A DNA stretch of 13,539 nt from Calditrichia bacterium. GTDB lineage: Bacteria; Calditrichota; Calditrichia; RBG-13-44-9. The notes beneath the pieces are model-generated. The model saw nothing but the letters and a program-made list of their open reading frames with translations, was not told the DNA's origin and made no database searches. The translations under genes and the position numbers were made by a program. The number at the start of each line of letters is the position of its first letter. Position 1 is the stretch's first letter. This document shows, piece after piece, positions 1-8,885 of this stretch. Where the stretch lies: NCBI GenBank assembly GCA_037381445.1, contig JARRQT010000032.1:44810-58348 (forward strand), read 5' to 3'.

Positions 1-34
1 ATGGTATCCGGGAAGGTTCATTTCCGCTATCTGC

Positions 35-67
35 GAACCGGAATGATCTCATTGATCAATCCGGTTC
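35..67 (-). terminator. Stem-loop downstream of tpiA (possible terminator or mRNA 3' stabiliser)
   Basis: GAACCGGA(35-42)/TCCGGTTC(60-67) 8-bp stem, one mismatch, then TGATC/GATCA with a 5-nt loop; about 40 nt past the tpiA stop; no clear U-tract on the minus strand. Confidence 0.45.
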
Positions 68-106
68 TTCAGACGGAAAAACCGTTTGTGTCTGTATTTG
101 CCTTTC

Positions 107-877
107 TCAGAACGCCTTCTCGCCGGCAGCGATTATTTTATAGAAATCATCGGCCTTCAATGAGGCACCTCCCACCAGCGCGCCGTCAATGTCTTCCTGG
201 GAAAGCAGCTCCTCAGCATTGTCCGGCTTCACGCTGCCGCCATATAAAATAGACATATTTTTCCCGACCTTGTCGTTGAACAGGGCTTCCAGAATATCCC
301 GGATGAAGGCGTGCACCTCTTCGGCCTGCTCGGGAGTAGCGGTTTTGCCCGTGCCGATGGCCCACACCGGCTCATATGCAATCACAACATTCTGCAGCTG
401 CTTTTCACTGTACCCCTTTAATCCCCACTCCACCTGATTGCTGACAATATCACGGGTAAGGTTTTGTTCTCTTTCCTCCAGGGTCTCACCCACGCAAAAG
501 ATGACCTTCAATTTATTATCAAGGGCAACCTTGATTTTTTTATTAATAGTATTTTCATCTTCTTTGAAATACCTGCGGCGTTCGCTGTGCCCGATGATGG
601 TCCATTCGGCGCCGGTGCTCTTTACCATGCCCGCGGAAATTTCACCGGTGTAAGCCCCTTCCTTTTCCCAAAAAATGTTCTGGGCGCCTGCTTCTATCGG
701 GCTTCCCTTCAATGCCTCGCTTACCGCGGACAGAGCGGTTGCCGGTGTGCAGACAACAACTTTGCTCTTGCTGACCGGATTTTTTTCCAGGCGTTTACTC
801 AATTGCCTGACCAGTTCCAGGGCTTCGCTATTGGTTTTATACATCTTCCAGTTGCCGGCAATAATTTTTTGTCTCAT
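107..877 (-). CDS. tpiA: Triosephosphate isomerase
   Basis: 256 aa; motifs AGNWKM, GAYTGEIS, IGHSERR, AYEPVWAIGTG, YGGSV, LVGGASL; AGGAG RBS upstream; follows pgk. Confidence 0.99.
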   Translation of the reverse strand: MRQKIIAGNWKMYKTNSEALELVRQLSKRLEKNPVSKSKVVVCTPATALSAVSEALKGSPIEAGAQNIFWEKEGAYTGEISAGMVKSTGAEWTIIGHSERRRYFKEDENTINKKIKVALDNKLKVIFCVGETLEEREQNLTRDIVSNQVEWGLKGYSEKQLQNVVIAYEPVWAIGTGKTATPEQAEEVHAFIRDILEALFNDKVGKNMSILYGGSVKPDNAEELLSQEDIDGALVGGASLKADDFYKIIAAGEKAF

Positions 878-968
878 ACCAGACTCCTATTTGATATTGG
901 TGAAAATTTTTTGGAAATGACGCCCTCACCCGAGATTTCCAAAAACGAGATGTGATAAACAGAAAAAC

Positions 969-1003
969 GATCCGGTAAGGATTGAACGAACCCTTACCGG
1001 ATC
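969..1003 (-). terminator. Intrinsic terminator-like hairpin between pgk and tpiA
   Basis: Perfect 12-bp inverted repeat GATCCGGTAAGG(969-980)/CCTTACCGGATC(992-1003), followed on the minus strand by GTTTTTCTGTTT; 20 nt after the pgk stop. Confidence 0.75.
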
Positions 1004-1023
1004 AACTAAATATATGATCCCAT

Positions 1024-2220
1024 TTATTTCTCGGACAGCGCTGCCACCCCCGGAAGTTCTTTTCCTTCCAGGAATTCCAGGGAGGCCCCGCCGCCGGTAG
1101 AAACATGGCTGAGCTGATCGCTGACCCCGATTTTCTTCACAGCCGAAGCAGAATCGCCGCCCCCAATGATCGTGGTTGCTCCGCTTTTGGTTATCTCCGC
1201 CAGATAGCGCGCAATCGCTTCGGTCCCTTTGGCAAAGTCGGGAATTTCAAACACGCCCATGGGGCCATTCCAGACCACGGTCTTGGCAGTCTTCAGAATA
1301 TTTTTGAATTCTTCAATGGTTTTTGGTCCAATGTCCACTCCCAGCCATTCGGCGGGAATGTGGTCCGTATCGACGATGCGGGTCTGGGCTCCGGCTTCAA
1401 ATTTATCGGCTACCATCACATCCTGCGGCAACACCAGTTTGCAGGAACTGTCTTTGAATTTTGCCAGAATTTCTTTCGCCATTTCCAGACGATCTTCTTC
1501 CAGCAAGGATTTTCCGATTTCTTTTCCCTGAGCTTTGTAGAAAGTGAAAATCATGCCGCCGCCGATGAGCAGAATGTCCGCTTTATTCATAAGATTATTG
1601 ATGACATCGATTTTTCCGGAAATCTTCGCACCGCCCAGAATTGTCACAAAGGCCCGTTTGGGATTTTCCAGTGCACCGCCCAGGTAATCCAGTTCTTTGC
1701 CCATCAAATAACCGGCGGCTGACTGGTCGAAATATTTGGTGACGCCCTCCGTGGAGGCATGGGCCCGGTGGGCGCTGCCAAAGGCATCGTTGATATAAAG
1801 ATCGCATCCCTCGGCCAATTTTCCGGCAAATTCGGGATCGTTATCGGTTTCCTCTTTGTGGAAACGCAGATTTTCCAGCAGGAGAACATCGCCGTCGGCC
1901 AGAGATTTTTTCATCTTCAGCACATCTTCGCCGATACAGTCATTCGCAAATTTTACCGGTTTTCCCAGAAGTTTATTCAGGCGTTCGGCAACCGGCTTCA
2001 GGCTCATGGCGTCCACACGCTTCCCCTTCGGCCTTCCCAAATGGGAGCACAAAACGGCCCTTCCGCCATCTTTTACAATTTTTTGAATTGTGGGCATTGC
2101 AGCGCGAATCCGGAAATCGTCTGTCACATTTTGCTGATCGTCGAGCGGGACATTAAAATCCACCCGGACCAGAATATTTTTGCCTTTCAGGCTTAAATCG
2201 TCAATTGTTAGCTTTGCCAT
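1024..2220 (-). CDS. pgk: Phosphoglycerate kinase
   Basis: 398 aa; motifs [78 protein letters not shown]. Confidence 0.99.
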   Translation of the reverse strand: MAKLTIDDLSLKGKNILVRVDFNVPLDDQQNVTDDFRIRAAMPTIQKIVKDGGRAVLCSHLGRPKGKRVDAMSLKPVAERLNKLLGKPVKFANDCIGEDVLKMKKSLADGDVLLLENLRFHKEETDNDPEFAGKLAEGCDLYINDAFGSAHRAHASTEGVTKYFDQSAAGYLMGKELDYLGGALENPKRAFVTILGGAKISGKIDVINNLMNKADILLIGGGMIFTFYKAQGKEIGKSLLEEDRLEMAKEILAKFKDSSCKLVLPQDVMVADKFEAGAQTRIVDTDHIPAEWLGVDIGPKTIEEFKNILKTAKTVVWNGPMGVFEIPDFAKGTEAIARYLAEITKSGATTIIGGGDSASAVKKIGVSDQLSHVSTGGGASLEFLEGKELPGVAALSEK

Positions 2221-2255
2221 AATACCCCTCCATCATTATAGATATCTATAAATAA

Positions 2256-2282
2256 TTCCCCCGCACACCAGGTGCAGGGGAA
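2256..2282 (-). terminator. GC-rich hairpin after gap (partial terminator or stability element)
   Basis: Minus strand reads TTCCCC-T-GCAC-CTGGT-GTGC-G-GGGGAA then TTATTT: 11-bp stem with one U-G pair, 11 nt after the gap stop. Confidence 0.65.
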
Positions 2283-2293
2283 AATAAAGCAAA

Positions 2294-3295
2294 TTATAAA
2301 GCAGCCATTTTTTTCAGCAGATCAACCGTGCGGGAAGAATATCCCCATTCATTATCGTACCAGGAGATAACCTTCACCAGATTGCCATCCATGATCCGGG
2401 TCGAGAGAGAATCGAAAATACTGCTGAAGCCGTTGTCCACTATATCAGAGGAGACCAGCGGATCTTCACTGTATTCCAGAATTCCCTTCAGATCGCCAGC
2501 GGCGGCTTTTTTCATGGCGTTATTAACATCTTCCACAGAAGCGGTTTTATCCAGCTCGGCCACCAGGTCAACCAGAGAACCGTCGCTGACCGGCACCCGC
2601 ACCGCGATGCCATCCAGTTTACCCTTCAGTGAAGGGATCACCAGTCCGGTGGCTTTGGCAGCGCCGGTGGTGGTAGGAATAATATTGGCGGCAGCGGCCC
2701 GGGCACGACGCAAATCGGAATGGGGAAGGTCCAGAATCCGCTGATCATTGGTGTAGGCATGAATAGTCGTCATCCAGCCCCTCTTGATGCCAAAATTGTC
2801 GTGAAGCACTTTGGCAACCGGCGCCAGACAGTTTGTGGTGCAGCTGGCATTGGAAACAACCTTGTGTTCCGGTTTCAATGTATTATCATTTACGCCCATG
2901 ACCACGGTATTATCCAACTGATCCTTTGCCGGGGCGGTCAGGATAACTTTCTTTGCACCAGCGGTAAGATGCATCGACAATTTTTCTTTTGTTCTGAATA
3001 CACCCGTGGAATCGACAACAATATCAATCTTCATCTCTTTCCAGGGAAGCTTGGTGGGATCTTTTTCCGCCAGTACTTTCACCTTGCGGTCGCCGGCAAC
3101 GAGAAATTCGCCATCCTGATGCACGGGCACCGGATAGCGGCCATGAACGGAATCATACTTCAGAAGATGCACCAGCGTTTTCGCATCTGTCAGATCATTA
3201 ATCGCCAGTATCTCCACATCCCTGTCATTCTGCAGCGCCTTGAAAACCAGGCGTCCGATACGACCAAATCCGTTAATTGCAACTCTTACTGCCAT
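2294..3295 (-). CDS. gap: Type I glyceraldehyde-3-phosphate dehydrogenase
   Basis: 333 aa; INGFGRIGR, catalytic [42 protein letters not shown]. Confidence 0.99.
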   Translation of the reverse strand: MAVRVAINGFGRIGRLVFKALQNDRDVEILAINDLTDAKTLVHLLKYDSVHGRYPVPVHQDGEFLVAGDRKVKVLAEKDPTKLPWKEMKIDIVVDSTGVFRTKEKLSMHLTAGAKKVILTAPAKDQLDNTVVMGVNDNTLKPEHKVVSNASCTTNCLAPVAKVLHDNFGIKRGWMTTIHAYTNDQRILDLPHSDLRRARAAAANIIPTTTGAAKATGLVIPSLKGKLDGIAVRVPVSDGSLVDLVAELDKTASVEDVNNAMKKAAAGDLKGILEYSEDPLVSSDIVDNGFSSIFDSLSTRIMDGNLVKVISWYDNEWGYSSRTVDLLKKMAAL

Positions 3296-3525
3296 GAGAA
3301 CCTCCTTAGTATGTTATATTAATTTAAGTTTGTCAAAATGTGAGTCCTGAAAATATTTATATCACATTTGGCGCAGGTAGTTTCTTAGAATGTTTTAAAC
3401 AGTTTCGTCCTCCGTCTTCTCAACCTGAATTTCTGCACCCCAGCGGTCCACTAGTTACATTTTTCATAAAATCCGTATCCTTATGAAGGAACCTGTCCCG
3501 CTCGGGCTAAATATTAAATCCTTCA

Positions 3526-3554
3526 AATATAAATAGACGCCGCTTTTTTGGCAA
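3526..3554 (-). promoter_or_regulatory. Putative sigma70-type promoter for gap-pgk-tpiA
   Basis: Minus strand TTGCCA(3554-3549)-N17-TATATT(3531-3526); the same architecture recurs before other genes in this window. Confidence 0.55.
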
Positions 3555-3734
3555 GAAGTTTATGCAGGGAATTATTTGTACAATATATCACTTTACCTAT
3601 GATTAAGTTTATGATTTTTTTATTCATTCCTGAAAATAATCTGTGTAATTTAAATAATGGCGGTTGGAAATCAGGTATGCGATAACATTTTAATTTTGCA
3701 CAGCTTTAAATTTAAAAACCTAAGGGAGCTGAGA

Positions 3735-4244
3735 ATGACCGACACCTTCAGAAATTTTTCGCGGCAACTGGTCCATCCGGTTGCGCTTCTTTCAGTAAAA
3801 TACAATGATAAAGAGAATCTTGCCACCATGGCCTGGATATCAGTGGTTTCTTCCAATCCTCCGCTGCTGATGGTCGCGGTAAATCCAAAGAGATACTCCC
3901 ACGAGCTGGTTTCCAAAGCGGGAGAATTTGCCATCATCGTGCTGTCGGACCAGCAAAAAGAGCTCTCAACGCTGGCAGGCACCATTTCCGGCCGCAAGCA
4001 GAACAAGTGGGAGATGGAGGAATTTATTCATCTGCGGAAAGCGCCGGTCATGATTGGTTCTCCCCTGCTGAAAGAGAGCCGGGCAAATTTTGAATGCAAA
4101 CTGGTAAATCAGGTGACAGCCGGCGACCACACCCTGTTCATCGGCGAAGTTGTGCATATGGAGTTCAATGAGGACGTAAATCCGCTCATTTTATTCGAGC
4201 ATAAATACTGGTCAGCCGGCGGTATCATTGCACGCTATCCATAA
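3735..4244 (+). CDS. Flavin reductase family protein (DIM6/NTAB, FMN-binding split barrel)
   Basis: Motifs NLATMAWISVVSSNPPLLMVAV, YSHELV..AGEF, SPLL.....FECKL......GDHTLFIGEVV; start moved from ORF-track 3657 to ATG 3735, which follows an AGGGAG RBS (169 aa). Confidence 0.9.
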   Translation: MTDTFRNFSRQLVHPVALLSVKYNDKENLATMAWISVVSSNPPLLMVAVNPKRYSHELVSKAGEFAIIVLSDQQKELSTLAGTISGRKQNKWEMEEFIHLRKAPVMIGSPLLKESRANFECKLVNQVTAGDHTLFIGEVVHMEFNEDVNPLILFEHKYWSAGGIIARYP

Positions 4245-4293
4245 CCGGCAACTTTACTGAATCAGAAGGAATCAAATCCTTATCGGATTTTTC

Positions 4294-4322
4294 TTGATTC
4301 AATATTCACAACAACATATATT
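4294..4322 (+). promoter_or_regulatory. Putative sigma70-type promoter for the amidohydrolase unit
   Basis: TTGATT(4294-4299)-N17-TATATT(4317-4322), 34 nt upstream of ATG 4357. Confidence 0.55.
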
Positions 4323-4356
4323 AATTGAAATTTAATCATCACAGCAAAGTTTTAAT

Positions 4357-5664
4357 ATGGGAATACTTTTAAGAAACGGTCTTATTGTCACTCAAAATCC
4401 GGACAGGGATGTTTTTCACGGTGATGTTCTCATCGAAAACGACCGAATTATTCAGGTCAAACCTCAAATCCACGCAGATGGCCATCAGATTTTTGATATG
4501 AACGGAAAGGCAGTAATTCCGGGCTTTATCCAGTCGCATGTCCATCTATGCCAAACCCTGTTTAGAAACCTGGCTGATGATCTTGAATTACTGGACTGGC
4601 TGGAAAACCGCATCTGGCCGTTCGAAATGGCACATAACAGCGAATCCCTTCGCACCTCCGCGCAGTTGGGGCTGGCAGAACTCCTGCTGGGCGGAACCAC
4701 CTCTATACTGGATATGGGCAACGGCAAATTCCAGGATGAGATTTTTTCGCAGATGAAACAGAGCGGCATCCGGGGTTACAGTGGAAAAGTATTAATGGAT
4801 ACCGGCAATCAGCCCTATAAGGAGACTACCCGGGAAGCGATTGATTCCACGGAGAAATTAATCAAAAAGTGGCACGGGCCGGCAGATGACCGAATTCATT
4901 ATGCGCTCGCCCCGCGTTTTGTCCCCTCCTGCAGCCCCGAGTTATGGGAAGGCGTAAAATCTCTCGCCGGGAATTATGAACTCATTATTCACACCCATTC
5001 CTCCGAGAATCGAAAGGAATTGCAGCTCGTGAAAGAGATGACCGGGCAATCCAATGTGGAATTTTTTGTTAAAAACGAAATGGCTTCCCCAAAACTGTGC
5101 CTGGCCCATTGCATCTGGGTATCGGAAGATGAAGTTAAAATGATGAGCGAAACCGGAATCAATGTGCTTCACTGCCCTTCTGCCAATTTGAAATTAGGTT
5201 CCGGCATCGCCCCGGTCCCCCGTTTCCTTCAAAACGGGATCAATGTCAGCTTGGGAGCGGATGGTGCTGCCTGTAACAACAGCCTGGATATGTTCACCGA
5301 GATGCGTTTGGCTGCATTGATTCAAAAACCGGAGGCAGGCGTTACCTCCACCTCCGCGCAGATGATTTTCGATCTTGCGACCCTGGGAGGTGCCAGAGCG
5401 CTGGGTCTTGACAAAATTACTGGAAGTCTGGAGCCTGGGAAAAAAGCCGATCTTGCAGTATTGGATCTGAATAAAGTCCACTGTATTCCAGCCGATAATA
5501 TATATTCGCAAATCGTGTATTCGGCCCGGAATACCGACGTGCAGCATACCATGGTGGACGGAAAATGGGTAGTTTTTGACCGCGAACTGAAAAATTTTCC
5601 CTATGAAGAAATTGTAAAAAACACCTGGGAACAGGTTCAAAAATTATTTGAAAGAGCAAAATAA
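4357..5664 (+). CDS. Metal-dependent amidohydrolase, AtzA/TrzA/MtaD family; probable 5'-deoxyadenosine / MTA / SAH deaminase
   Basis: 435 aa; PGFIQSHVHLCQTLFR..ADDLELLDWL...IWP.E (HxH), HTHSSE (HxxE), LAHC.W, HCPSANLKLGSG, LGADGAACNN.LDMF.EMR, GSLEPGKKADL. Exact substrate is inferred from family resemblance. Confidence 0.88.
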   Translation: MGILLRNGLIVTQNPDRDVFHGDVLIENDRIIQVKPQIHADGHQIFDMNGKAVIPGFIQSHVHLCQTLFRNLADDLELLDWLENRIWPFEMAHNSESLRTSAQLGLAELLLGGTTSILDMGNGKFQDEIFSQMKQSGIRGYSGKVLMDTGNQPYKETTREAIDSTEKLIKKWHGPADDRIHYALAPRFVPSCSPELWEGVKSLAGNYELIIHTHSSENRKELQLVKEMTGQSNVEFFVKNEMASPKLCLAHCIWVSEDEVKMMSETGINVLHCPSANLKLGSGIAPVPRFLQNGINVSLGADGAACNNSLDMFTEMRLAALIQKPEAGVTSTSAQMIFDLATLGGARALGLDKITGSLEPGKKADLAVLDLNKVHCIPADNIYSQIVYSARNTDVQHTMVDGKWVVFDRELKNFPYEEIVKNTWEQVQKLFERAK

Positions 5665-5692
5665 TTACCTTATCGGCCACAGGAGGTTCTAT

Positions 5693-6430
5693 ATGAAAAG
5701 GCTTAGTATTTTAATTGTATTATCGACGGTTCTTCTATTTTCCTGCAGCAAAAAGGAAGCGGCGGTAATCCCTATGAATGATCTCGATACGCCCACCTTG
5801 TTTCAGAAAGGCAATGAGCTATATGCTCAGGGCAATATCAATGACGCCATGCGCGCATACAGTATTATTTATAATAATCATCCCACCAGCCGGGAATATG
5901 TGGATGCGGCGATCGGATTGAGCCGTTGTTACAACGATATGGGACAATACGACAAGGGCATGGATCTGCTCTACAATCTGGTGCGAGAGAATATGGTCCC
6001 CACCCGCGTTCCCGAAATTTACAACGAAATGGCAAAATATTATGAAGTCAACGCCGGAATATCCTCCATGAGCGGTGTTTCCGATGAGTCGAAAGATTTT
6101 CAGAAAGCGATTGATTATTACCAGAAATCAGTTAATTATCCCAACAGTGATGACAGGCAGGCAAAGGCCTATGCCCAATACCGCATCGGGGAATTGTATG
6201 TGAATATGCTGAAATTCAAGGAAGCTATTCTGGCCTTTAACGCCACCGAGACCAGTTTCCCGCAAACCGACTGGGCAAGGAAAGCCGGACAGCGACTTCA
6301 GGAAATGAAACAGGCGGTCAATACCGTCTTAAGTGAAGACCGCGGTAGTTCGGTACAGCAGGAGGCACTGCAATTACCAACTACGCCCACCACGCCGGCA
6401 GATTCGCAGGCAACGCCACCGGTACAGTAA
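5693..6430 (+). CDS. Tetratricopeptide-repeat lipoprotein (BamD/CpoB-like TPR fold) with Pro/Thr-rich C-terminal tail
   Basis: ATG 5693 follows AGGAGG; signal MKRLSILIVLSTVLLFS-C (lipobox); TPR-like segments LFQKGNELYAQGNINDAMRAYS..HPTS, AAIGLSRCY..MGQYDKG, AQYRIGELY.....KEAILAF....FPQTDWA. Confidence 0.8.
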   Translation: MKRLSILIVLSTVLLFSCSKKEAAVIPMNDLDTPTLFQKGNELYAQGNINDAMRAYSIIYNNHPTSREYVDAAIGLSRCYNDMGQYDKGMDLLYNLVRENMVPTRVPEIYNEMAKYYEVNAGISSMSGVSDESKDFQKAIDYYQKSVNYPNSDDRQAKAYAQYRIGELYVNMLKFKEAILAFNATETSFPQTDWARKAGQRLQEMKQAVNTVLSEDRGSSVQQEALQLPTTPTTPADSQATPPVQ

Positions 6431-6530
6431 ACAGTGAAATGGGCTATGTCTTTCATAATAGACCGGAACTAAATTTTTTAATATGTTTTAAAGACTCAAA
6501 CTGTATGAATAAACAGGGATAATCTATCTG

Positions 6531-7559
6531 ATGGAACTTCCTATCGAATTATTGCAGCAATTACCTAAAAGCGATCTGCATGTTCATCTGGATGGCTCTT
6601 TGCGGGTAAACACACTAATTGAGCTTGCCAAAAAACAGAACGTGGAACTCCCCGCCTCCAACGCCGAGGATCTTGAAAAGATTGTAATGAGCGGCAAGAA
6701 CTGCAGGAATCTGGGAGAATACCTGCAGGGATTCGACATTACCCTTTCGGTGATGCAGGAACCCGAGGCGCTGTTCCGCATCGCTTACGAACTGGCAGAA
6801 GATGCAGCTGCGGAAAACGTATGGTACATGGAGGTTCGCTATTCGCCTATCCTTCATATTCGCAAGGGGCTAAAACTAACCACTATCGTGGACGCGGTTA
6901 TCCAGGGTCTGCAGGAAGCGGAAAAGAAATTTAATATCAAAACAGGCGTTATTATCTGCGGCATGCGGAATATTAATCCGGAAACGTCCCTGCGCCTGGC
7001 CGAACTTTCCGTCGCCTACAAGAATAAAGGGGTGGTGGGATTCGATCTGGCGGGGCAGGAGGAAAGTTATCCCGCCAAAGATCACAGGGAAGCGTTCTTT
7101 ATCATTCGAAAGAATAACATCAACACCACAGCACACGCCGGGGAGGCATTCGGTCCGGAAAGTATCCATCAGGCCCTGCATGACTGCGGGGCGCACCGCA
7201 TCGGGCACGGGACGCGTTTGTATGAGGACGGCGATCTGCTGAATTATGTGAACGATCACCGCATTCCTCTGGAAGTATGCCTGACCAGCAATATACAAAC
7301 CGGCGCCGCCTCTTCCATGGAGAGCCATCCCCTGCGCTTTTACTACGATTACGGGCTGCGGGTCACCATCAATACCGACAACCGGCTGGTTTCGGATACC
7401 ACGGTAACAAAAGAGCTTTACCTGGCGGCCAAACACCTCAATCTGAATCTGGATGACATCAAGAGCATCATCATCGACGGCTTCAAGAGCGCCTTTCTCC
7501 CGAATCGGGCCAAGTCCATCATGCTGAATGTTGTCAACGATAAATTGAAAAAATTTTGA
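6531..7559 (+). CDS. add: Adenosine deaminase
   Basis: 342 aa; LPKSDLHVHLDGS (HxH), Y.EVRYSP, VVGFDLAG.E, TAHAGE, RIGHG, LEVCLTSN, INTDN. Confidence 0.93.
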   Translation: MELPIELLQQLPKSDLHVHLDGSLRVNTLIELAKKQNVELPASNAEDLEKIVMSGKNCRNLGEYLQGFDITLSVMQEPEALFRIAYELAEDAAAENVWYMEVRYSPILHIRKGLKLTTIVDAVIQGLQEAEKKFNIKTGVIICGMRNINPETSLRLAELSVAYKNKGVVGFDLAGQEESYPAKDHREAFFIIRKNNINTTAHAGEAFGPESIHQALHDCGAHRIGHGTRLYEDGDLLNYVNDHRIPLEVCLTSNIQTGAASSMESHPLRFYYDYGLRVTINTDNRLVSDTTVTKELYLAAKHLNLNLDDIKSIIIDGFKSAFLPNRAKSIMLNVVNDKLKKF

Positions 7560-7576
7560 TTCCGGCGGGAAATCGG

Positions 7577-7605
7577 TTGCATTATTTTGTGTTTTTTATT
7601 ATAAT
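7577..7605 (+). promoter_or_regulatory. Putative sigma70-type promoter for the GCS2 ligase gene
   Basis: TTGCAT(7577-7582)-N17-TATAAT(7600-7605), near consensus. Confidence 0.65.
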
Positions 7606-7651
7606 GACCAGCCTTTGCATGGGAAGCGCATAATCATCATTCACTGATTTT

Positions 7652-8791
7652 ATGTATATAAAATATAATGCATCCTCAAAATATAGTATTGGCGTTGAAC
7701 TGGAGGTCCAGACCATCAGCCAACGGACGGGAGAGCTGGTACCCGGCGCAGGGCTGATTTTGTCCCAGCTAATGGGAGAGGTGCTTTTCAAGCCGGAGCT
7801 CTTCAATTCAACCCTGGAAATCAACACCCCCGTATGTGAAGCCATCACCCAACTCGATGAGGCATTGCGAAAGAATCTGAGCACCGTTCAGGAAGTCGGG
7901 GCGGAAAATGATCTGGATATCCTGATTTCCGGATGTCATCCTTTTTCGAGCTGGCAGCAACAGCAGATAACCCAGCAGGAGCGGTATCTCAACCTGCTAC
8001 ACCGTATTCAATGGCCGGTCCGCCAATTCCTGATTTTCGGTCTGCACGTTCATATTGGGATCCCCGATGCAGACGAGGTCTTATATGCCATGGGCCGCCT
8101 GACAAATTACATCCCGCATTTGATCGCGCTTTCCGCCAGTTCGCCTTTCTGGAACGGGTTCGATACGGGTTTGGCCACCTCCCGCGTAAAAATCTTTGAG
8201 GAGCTCCCCAACGCGGGTATTCCATACTATTTTGAGAATTGGGAAAAATACAGCGATCTGGTGAAGCAGCTGATTCTTACCAATTCCATTGATACAGTGC
8301 GTGATATCTGGTGGGATATCCGTCCGCACCCGATTTTCGGGACGCTGGAGGTGCGGGTGTGCGATGCCATGCCCACATTGAAGGAGAACCTGGCGCTGGT
8401 CAGCCTGATTTATCTTCTGGTAAAAAAATTCAGCGCGGAATTCGAAAATCATCAAAAGGAAACCCGTATCGATCGCTGGATACTGGAGGAAAATAAATGG
8501 CGTGCCGCGCGATACGGGATTCAGGGCAAGATAATTCTCAATTCCAGAGGCGAGACCCAGAGTCTGAAAGAGGCCATTGAAATCCTTTACGATGAACTGC
8601 TTGATTACTCCAAGAATTCCGGTATGCCGGATACCGCGAACTATCTGTCAACGATTCCGGAAATCCTGCACAAGGGGCCCAGTTACCAGCGGCAGCGGCA
8701 CTGGATTCGTCAGCGGCCCGGCGATTACAAATATGTGGTTGATAATCTGCTGACAGAAACGAGAGAGGATATCCTGATGAACGGCCATTAG
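7652..8791 (+). CDS. YbdK-family carboxylate-amine ligase (glutamate--cysteine ligase family 2, GCS2)
   Basis: 379 aa; IGVELEVQ, KPELFNSTLEINT, GCHPFS, FGLHVHIG, ALSASSPFW.G.DTGLA..R, WWDIRPHP.FGTLEVRVCD, ENKWRAARYG. Confidence 0.93.
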   Translation: MYIKYNASSKYSIGVELEVQTISQRTGELVPGAGLILSQLMGEVLFKPELFNSTLEINTPVCEAITQLDEALRKNLSTVQEVGAENDLDILISGCHPFSSWQQQQITQQERYLNLLHRIQWPVRQFLIFGLHVHIGIPDADEVLYAMGRLTNYIPHLIALSASSPFWNGFDTGLATSRVKIFEELPNAGIPYYFENWEKYSDLVKQLILTNSIDTVRDIWWDIRPHPIFGTLEVRVCDAMPTLKENLALVSLIYLLVKKFSAEFENHQKETRIDRWILEENKWRAARYGIQGKIILNSRGETQSLKEAIEILYDELLDYSKNSGMPDTANYLSTIPEILHKGPSYQRQRHWIRQRPGDYKYVVDNLLTETREDILMNGH

Positions 8792-8823
8792 TTCCCGAGC
8801 CTCCATCCAAATAACACAAATAT

Positions 8824-8860
8824 AAAAAAATCCCCTGCTTATGTAAAAGAGGGGATTTTT
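8824..8860. terminator. Bidirectional intrinsic terminator between the convergent GCS2 gene and lemA
   Basis: AAAAATCCCCT(8826-8836)...AGGGGATTTTT(8850-8860) inverted repeat with an A-tract on the left and a T-tract on the right. Confidence 0.85.
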
Positions 8861-8885
8861 CATATATACCTGTTTTTATAAAAAA

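Noticed and set aside
1..106. secG or another gene following tpiA
   Set aside because: No hydrophobic SecG-like N-terminus in the minus-strand frames; too little sequence to call a gene.
1..3322. Plus-strand ORFs opposite gap, pgk and tpiA (e.g. 464-955, 1105-1722, 2720-3322)
   Set aside because: Antisense shadows of highly conserved genes with no family motifs.
3420..3467. 15-codon minus-strand uORF (MKNVTSGPLGCRNSG) in the gap leader
   Set aside because: Short enough to occur by chance, with only a weak SD and no leader-peptide signature.
3576..3593. Possible Rex operator (TTGTACAATATATCACTT) upstream of gap
   Set aside because: Only about 9 of 14 consensus positions match in AT-rich DNA, and the dyad symmetry is poor.
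4245..4356. Purine or SAM riboswitch upstream of the deaminases (6431-6530 also checked)
   Set aside because: No purine-riboswitch core or SAM-I signature was seen; both regions are short and AT-rich.
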